Of a DNA stretch of 64,000 bases, positions 60,437 to 64,000 are shown piece by piece. The DNA is taken from NCBI GenBank assembly GCA_963799485.1, contig CAWCXJ010000010.1, forward strand, positions 1 through 64,000. The letters are read 5' to 3'. Position numbers and translations under genes: made by a program. Each line of letters begins with the position of its first letter. Position 1 is the stretch's first letter. A model generated the notes under the pieces. It searched no databases. It had not been told where the DNA came from and saw only the letters and a list, made by a program, of their open reading frames with translations. This DNA is from an uncultured Trueperaceae bacterium (GTDB lineage Bacteria > Deinococcota > Deinococci > Deinococcales > Trueperaceae).

Positions 60437-61669
60437 GTGAAATCGCCCCCAAAACCGCGTCAAGCCGGCATCGTTTTTATCTTAATTACCCTGTTTCTGG
60501 ACATTTTGGGCCTCGGCATTGTTATTCCTATCCTGCCCGAACTGATTAAAACGTTTGTCGGCGGCAGCAGCGTTTTGGCGGCCCGCTACTTCGGGCTGAT
60601 CGCTGCGGTGTACGCGCTCATGCAGTTTTTCTTCGCGCCGCTGTTGGGCGCGCTGTCCGACCGTTTCGGTCGCCGCCCGGTCCTGCTCGTCTCGCTTTTC
60701 GGTCTGGGCGTGGACTATCTCATCTTGAGCGTCGCACCAAACCTCGGCTGGCTCGTCGTAGGGCGCATCGTCGCCGGGATTGCCGGGGCGAGTATCACGA
60801 CCGCGAACGCCTATATCGCCGACATCTCGACGCCGGAAACGCGCGCGCAAAACTTCGGGCTCGTCGGGGTCGCTTTCGGGCTCGGCTTTATCTTCGGCCC
60901 GGCGCTTGGCGGCATTCTGGGGGGGATCAATATCCGCTTGCCTTTTATTGCCTCGGCGGTACTCGTGCTGCTCAACTGGCTTTACGGCTATTTCGTGCTG
61001 CCCGAATCGCTCCCCAAAGAACATCGGAGCGGCTTTAGCTGGCGTAAAGCGAACCCTATCGGCAGCTTCGGGCAGCTCGGCGCGTATCCGCTGGTGGCAG
61101 GTTTGGCGGCCACTTTCGTGCTGGTTTCACTCGCGCAGCGCGGTCTGGAAACGGTGTGGGTGCTCTACACGGGCTACCGCTTCGGTTGGGGCGAACAAGC
61201 CAACGGTCTGACGCTGGGGCTCGTCGGAGTGATGGCGGTGCTCGTGCAGGGCGTGTTGATTCGCCCGACGATCGCAAGGCTCGGTGAACGCCGCACAATC
61301 GTTGTCGGGTTGACGTTTTCGGCGCTGACCTTTCTCTTTTACGGGCTCGCTTCACAGGGCTGGATGATGGTCGCGGTTATCGTCGCCGGGTCGCTCGGCG
61401 GGGTGGCGGGCCCGGCAGTGCAGGGGCTCGTCGCGGGGTCTGTCTCGCCCGACGAGCAGGGGAAGGTACAAGGAGCCCTGACCTCGCTGATTTCTCTTAG
61501 CAGCATCTTCGCGCCGATTATTTTTACGACCGGACTGTTTGGTTATTTTACCTCGAGCGCGGCTCCCTTCAAACTGCCGGGCGCACCCTTTTTCCTCGGC
61601 TCACTGTTGCTACTAGCGGGGCTCGTCGTAACCGCGCGGCTGTTCAAGCGTATCCCGGCAGCTCGGTAA
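60437..61669 (+). CDS. TCR/Tet-family MFS transporter
   Basis: Motif A GALSDRFGRRPVLL, GFIFGPALGG, QGKVQG; RBS ggag before GTG 60437. Confidence 0.92.
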   Translation: MKSPPKPRQAGIVFILITLFLDILGLGIVIPILPELIKTFVGGSSVLAARYFGLIAAVYALMQFFFAPLLGALSDRFGRRPVLLVSLFGLGVDYLILSVAPNLGWLVVGRIVAGIAGASITTANAYIADISTPETRAQNFGLVGVAFGLGFIFGPALGGILGGINIRLPFIASAVLVLLNWLYGYFVLPESLPKEHRSGFSWRKANPIGSFGQLGAYPLVAGLAATFVLVSLAQRGLETVWVLYTGYRFGWGEQANGLTLGLVGVMAVLVQGVLIRPTIARLGERRTIVVGLTFSALTFLFYGLASQGWMMVAVIVAGSLGGVAGPAVQGLVAGSVSPDEQGKVQGALTSLISLSSIFAPIIFTTGLFGYFTSSAAPFKLPGAPFFLGSLLLLAGLVVTARLFKRIPAAR

Positions 61670-61720
61670 ACTCATCACCTGCAGCTAGACTGGACGGACG
61701 CGAGTAAAAAGGAGGAAACT

Positions 61721-62569
61721 GTGTCCAACCTTATCTCAGCCACCGAACTTTGCAACCGTCTGGGGTCGCCCGAACTCCGCATCGTCGATGTGCGGGCGTC
61801 TCTGACCGACCCCGCAGCCGGACGAAATCTTTACTTGGAAAACCATCTACCCGGCGCGATTTTTTTAAGCTTGGAGGGCGACCTTTCCGGCGAACCCGAA
61901 ACGCACGGCGGGCGGCATCCGCTGCCCGATATGTTCGCCTTTGCCAACACCCTGCAAACACACGGCGTCGGTGACGGTGCCGAGGTTGTCGTGTACGACG
62001 ATTCCAGCGGGATGTTTGCCGCAAGGCTGTGGTGGCTCTTGCGCTACGCCGGGTTCGACGGGGCGCAGGTCTTGGACGGCGGTTACGCGGCGTGGACGGC
62101 GGCAGGTTTACCACTCACCCAAGAGGTTCCGAGCCCGGTGCCGCAGCCGCTGACGCTGCACCTGCGCCCGTACCTGACCGCCACGATGACGGAAGTCCTA
62201 GCCAAACTCGGTGACCACCGGGTAAAACTTTTCGACGCCCGCGCGCCCGAACGTTACCGGGGCGAAACGGAGCCGCTCGACAAAAAGGCGGGGCACATCC
62301 CCGGCGCGCTCAACAAACCGTTTTTGGAAAACCTCGAGGACGGACACTTCAAATCGCCCGAAGCCTTACGAAGCCGCTTCGCCGAGGCCGAAGACGCCGA
62401 TGAGGTCATCTTGTACTGCGGTTCGGGGGTGTCGGCGGCGCACAACGCGCTGGCTTTGGAGGAAGCCGATATCAAGGGGGCGAAACTTTACGTCGGCTCG
62501 TGGAGCGACTGGAGCAGCCATGACGGAAACCCTATTGCTACTGGAGATGAAGCTAACGAGAACGGTTGA
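61721..62569 (+). CDS. sulfurtransferase (two-domain rhodanese, MST-like)
   Basis: HLPGA, GRHPLP, GHIPGA, YCGSGVSA, LYVGSWSDW. Confidence 0.93.
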   Translation: MSNLISATELCNRLGSPELRIVDVRASLTDPAAGRNLYLENHLPGAIFLSLEGDLSGEPETHGGRHPLPDMFAFANTLQTHGVGDGAEVVVYDDSSGMFAARLWWLLRYAGFDGAQVLDGGYAAWTAAGLPLTQEVPSPVPQPLTLHLRPYLTATMTEVLAKLGDHRVKLFDARAPERYRGETEPLDKKAGHIPGALNKPFLENLEDGHFKSPEALRSRFAEAEDADEVILYCGSGVSAAHNALALEEADIKGAKLYVGSWSDWSSHDGNPIATGDEANENG

Positions 62570-63003
62570 TGATACCGTTACGCCGCCGCGCCTACCTTTA
62601 TCTCACCCGTAAAGTTGAGGGAAGGTTGCAGGTTGCCGTTTTCCGTCACCCCGACTTTGAGACCATGACGCTGGGTGTTCAGGTTCCGGGCGGGACGATA
62701 GAAACTTCTGAAACACCCGAAGCCGGAGCGTTACGTGAGGCGTTTGAAGAATCGGGTTTTACCACCTTTTCGGAGGTGCGCTTTTTAGCTCGAGATGTTT
62801 GGTACGGCTACCACGATAAGGCTAATCGTGAGCGTTACTTTTACCAACTCTGCGTAAAAGGCGTGGTTCCAGATACCTGGAACCACACTGTCACCGACGG
62901 CGAACTTGATAAAGGCGTGGTGTTCGCCTACCGCTGGTTGAGCGTTGCCAAAGCGAAGCGCGTTATCGGGCCGATGGGCGACTATTTGCACCTGCTCAGC
63001 TAG
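62566..63003 (+). CDS. NUDIX hydrolase
   Basis: Nudix box GGTIETSETPEAGALREAFEESG. Confidence 0.88.
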   Translation: MMIPLRRRAYLYLTRKVEGRLQVAVFRHPDFETMTLGVQVPGGTIETSETPEAGALREAFEESGFTTFSEVRFLARDVWYGYHDKANRERYFYQLCVKGVVPDTWNHTVTDGELDKGVVFAYRWLSVAKAKRVIGPMGDYLHLLS

Positions 63004-63004
63004 C

Positions 63005-64000
63005 CTACTCGCCGCAAAGCGTTGCCGCGCCGAGCGCCCGGTCTGCACAGACGACACCCGCGCCGTATTCGGCGGGGTTCATAGCGGCGGTGTATTTGGT
63101 TGAACTTAAAAGTTGCGCCTCGACTTCATCGTCGGTCAAGCTGGGGTTTTGGCTCCAGATGAGCGCCGCGACGCCTGCGACAAAAGGCGACGCCATCGAG
63201 GTGCCGCGTTCGCACCCGTAAGCGCTTTCGGTTGCGCCCTCAAACGCGGGTGAAAGTGTGCTCAAGATGCCGCCGCAACTGTTTTGACCCGCCCCACCCG
63301 GAGCCATCAGGTCGACCGAGCGGCCCGAAGTACTGTAATTGGAAAACTCCGAACGGCGGTAGTCTTCATCGACCGAGCCGACGGCAAGTGCCCCCGGCGC
63401 ATTGGCGGGGGCGAGGATTTCTGCTGTGCTGTAGTCGTTACCTGACGCTGCAATGACCAGCGAACCTGCGTTTCTGGCGTCCTGAACCGCTTCACTCAGG
63501 CTCTCGATGGTTCCCCCCGGACCGTTACCCCGACCGCCGAGGCTCAAGTTGATGATGTTCGCCGGGTGGGGGTTGCGGTTCATCCCCGCGACGCTCAATC
63601 CCGCAGACCAGCGGATGGCCTTGACAACTACGCTGACCGAAGTACTTTTCGGGTCGCCACCGTTATCATCGAGGACCTTGACCGGGAGCAGTTTGACTCC
63701 GGTGTAGGCGACCCCGGCGACCCCTTTGCCGTTGTCGCCGCTGGCAAGAGCGATGCCTGCAACGTGGGTGCCGTGCCGCTGATTTGCGCCGAGCTGTGAG
63801 GGCGAGCCGGGGCTCGGGTCGTTGTCCTGGTTGTAAACGTCACAACCGGGCAGCGCCCTACCTGCCAAATCTTCGTGGGTGAGATCGACACCGCTGTCGA
63901 GGACGGCTAGAACAACGTCTGCCTTGCCGGTCTCGAGCCGCCACGCTGCAGGCAGACCGAACCCCAGCAGATGCCACTGCTCGCCGATGAGCGGGTCGTT
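63005..64000 (-). CDS. S8 family serine peptidase (5' end outside the window)
   Basis: AVLDSG (manual, ~63895-63912), HGTHVAG, AASGN, GTSMASPFVAG. Confidence 0.92.
   Translation of the reverse strand, partial: NDPLIGEQWHLLGFGLPAAWRLETGKADVVLAVLDSGVDLTHEDLAGRALPGCDVYNQDNDPSPGSPSQLGANQRHGTHVAGIALASGDNGKGVAGVAYTGVKLLPVKVLDDNGGDPKSTSVSVVVKAIRWSAGLSVAGMNRNPHPANIINLSLGGRGNGPGGTIESLSEAVQDARNAGSLVIAASGNDYSTAEILAPANAPGALAVGSVDEDYRRSEFSNYSTSGRSVDLMAPGGAGQNSCGGILSTLSPAFEGATESAYGCERGTSMASPFVAGVAALIWSQNPSLTDDEVEAQLLSSTKYTAAMNPAEYGAGVVCADRALGAATLCGE

Noticed and set aside
60437..61669. Tetracycline resistance gene call
   Set aside because: TCR/Tet family fold only; housekeeping context, no tetR, and the substrate cannot be inferred.

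Overview
A ~60% GC bacterial chromosome segment, most consistent with Deinococcota (Trueperaceae-like). This is inferred from the split NadE, the Thermus-type ba3 oxidase and the many leaderless TANNNT-N6/7-start genes. From left to right it holds: an IS3 element nested in an IS5 transposase, yefM-yoeB, a livKHMGF-type ABC operon divergent from glnA, ruvC, and an alpha-glucan cluster (very large GH13, glgE, treS-maltokinase). About 20.4-47.5 kb is a decaying accessory region that looks like a hypoxia/nitrosative-stress/dormancy module. It has SulP with a candidate riboswitch-like leader, four USP genes, two NarL-type two-component systems (one with a FixL-like heme-PAS), HemG-like flavodoxins, DoxX and IS remnants. 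It also has a Crp/Fnr regulator flanked by matching boxes upstream of (i) a ferredoxin-truncated hemoglobin-cupin operon and (ii) a ba3-type oxidase whose subunit II is fused to a c552-like cytochrome, followed by a baeRF/Balon-like gene. The right third is housekeeping: glgX, MarR, galK, CE7 esterase, cax, mscL, split nadE, TrmH, MFS, sulfurtransferase, NUDIX and a partial S8 peptidase. Two window-wide oddities are strong over-representation of CTCGAG and many 11-22 bp tandem duplications at gene boundaries. No rRNA, tRNA or CRISPR array was seen.
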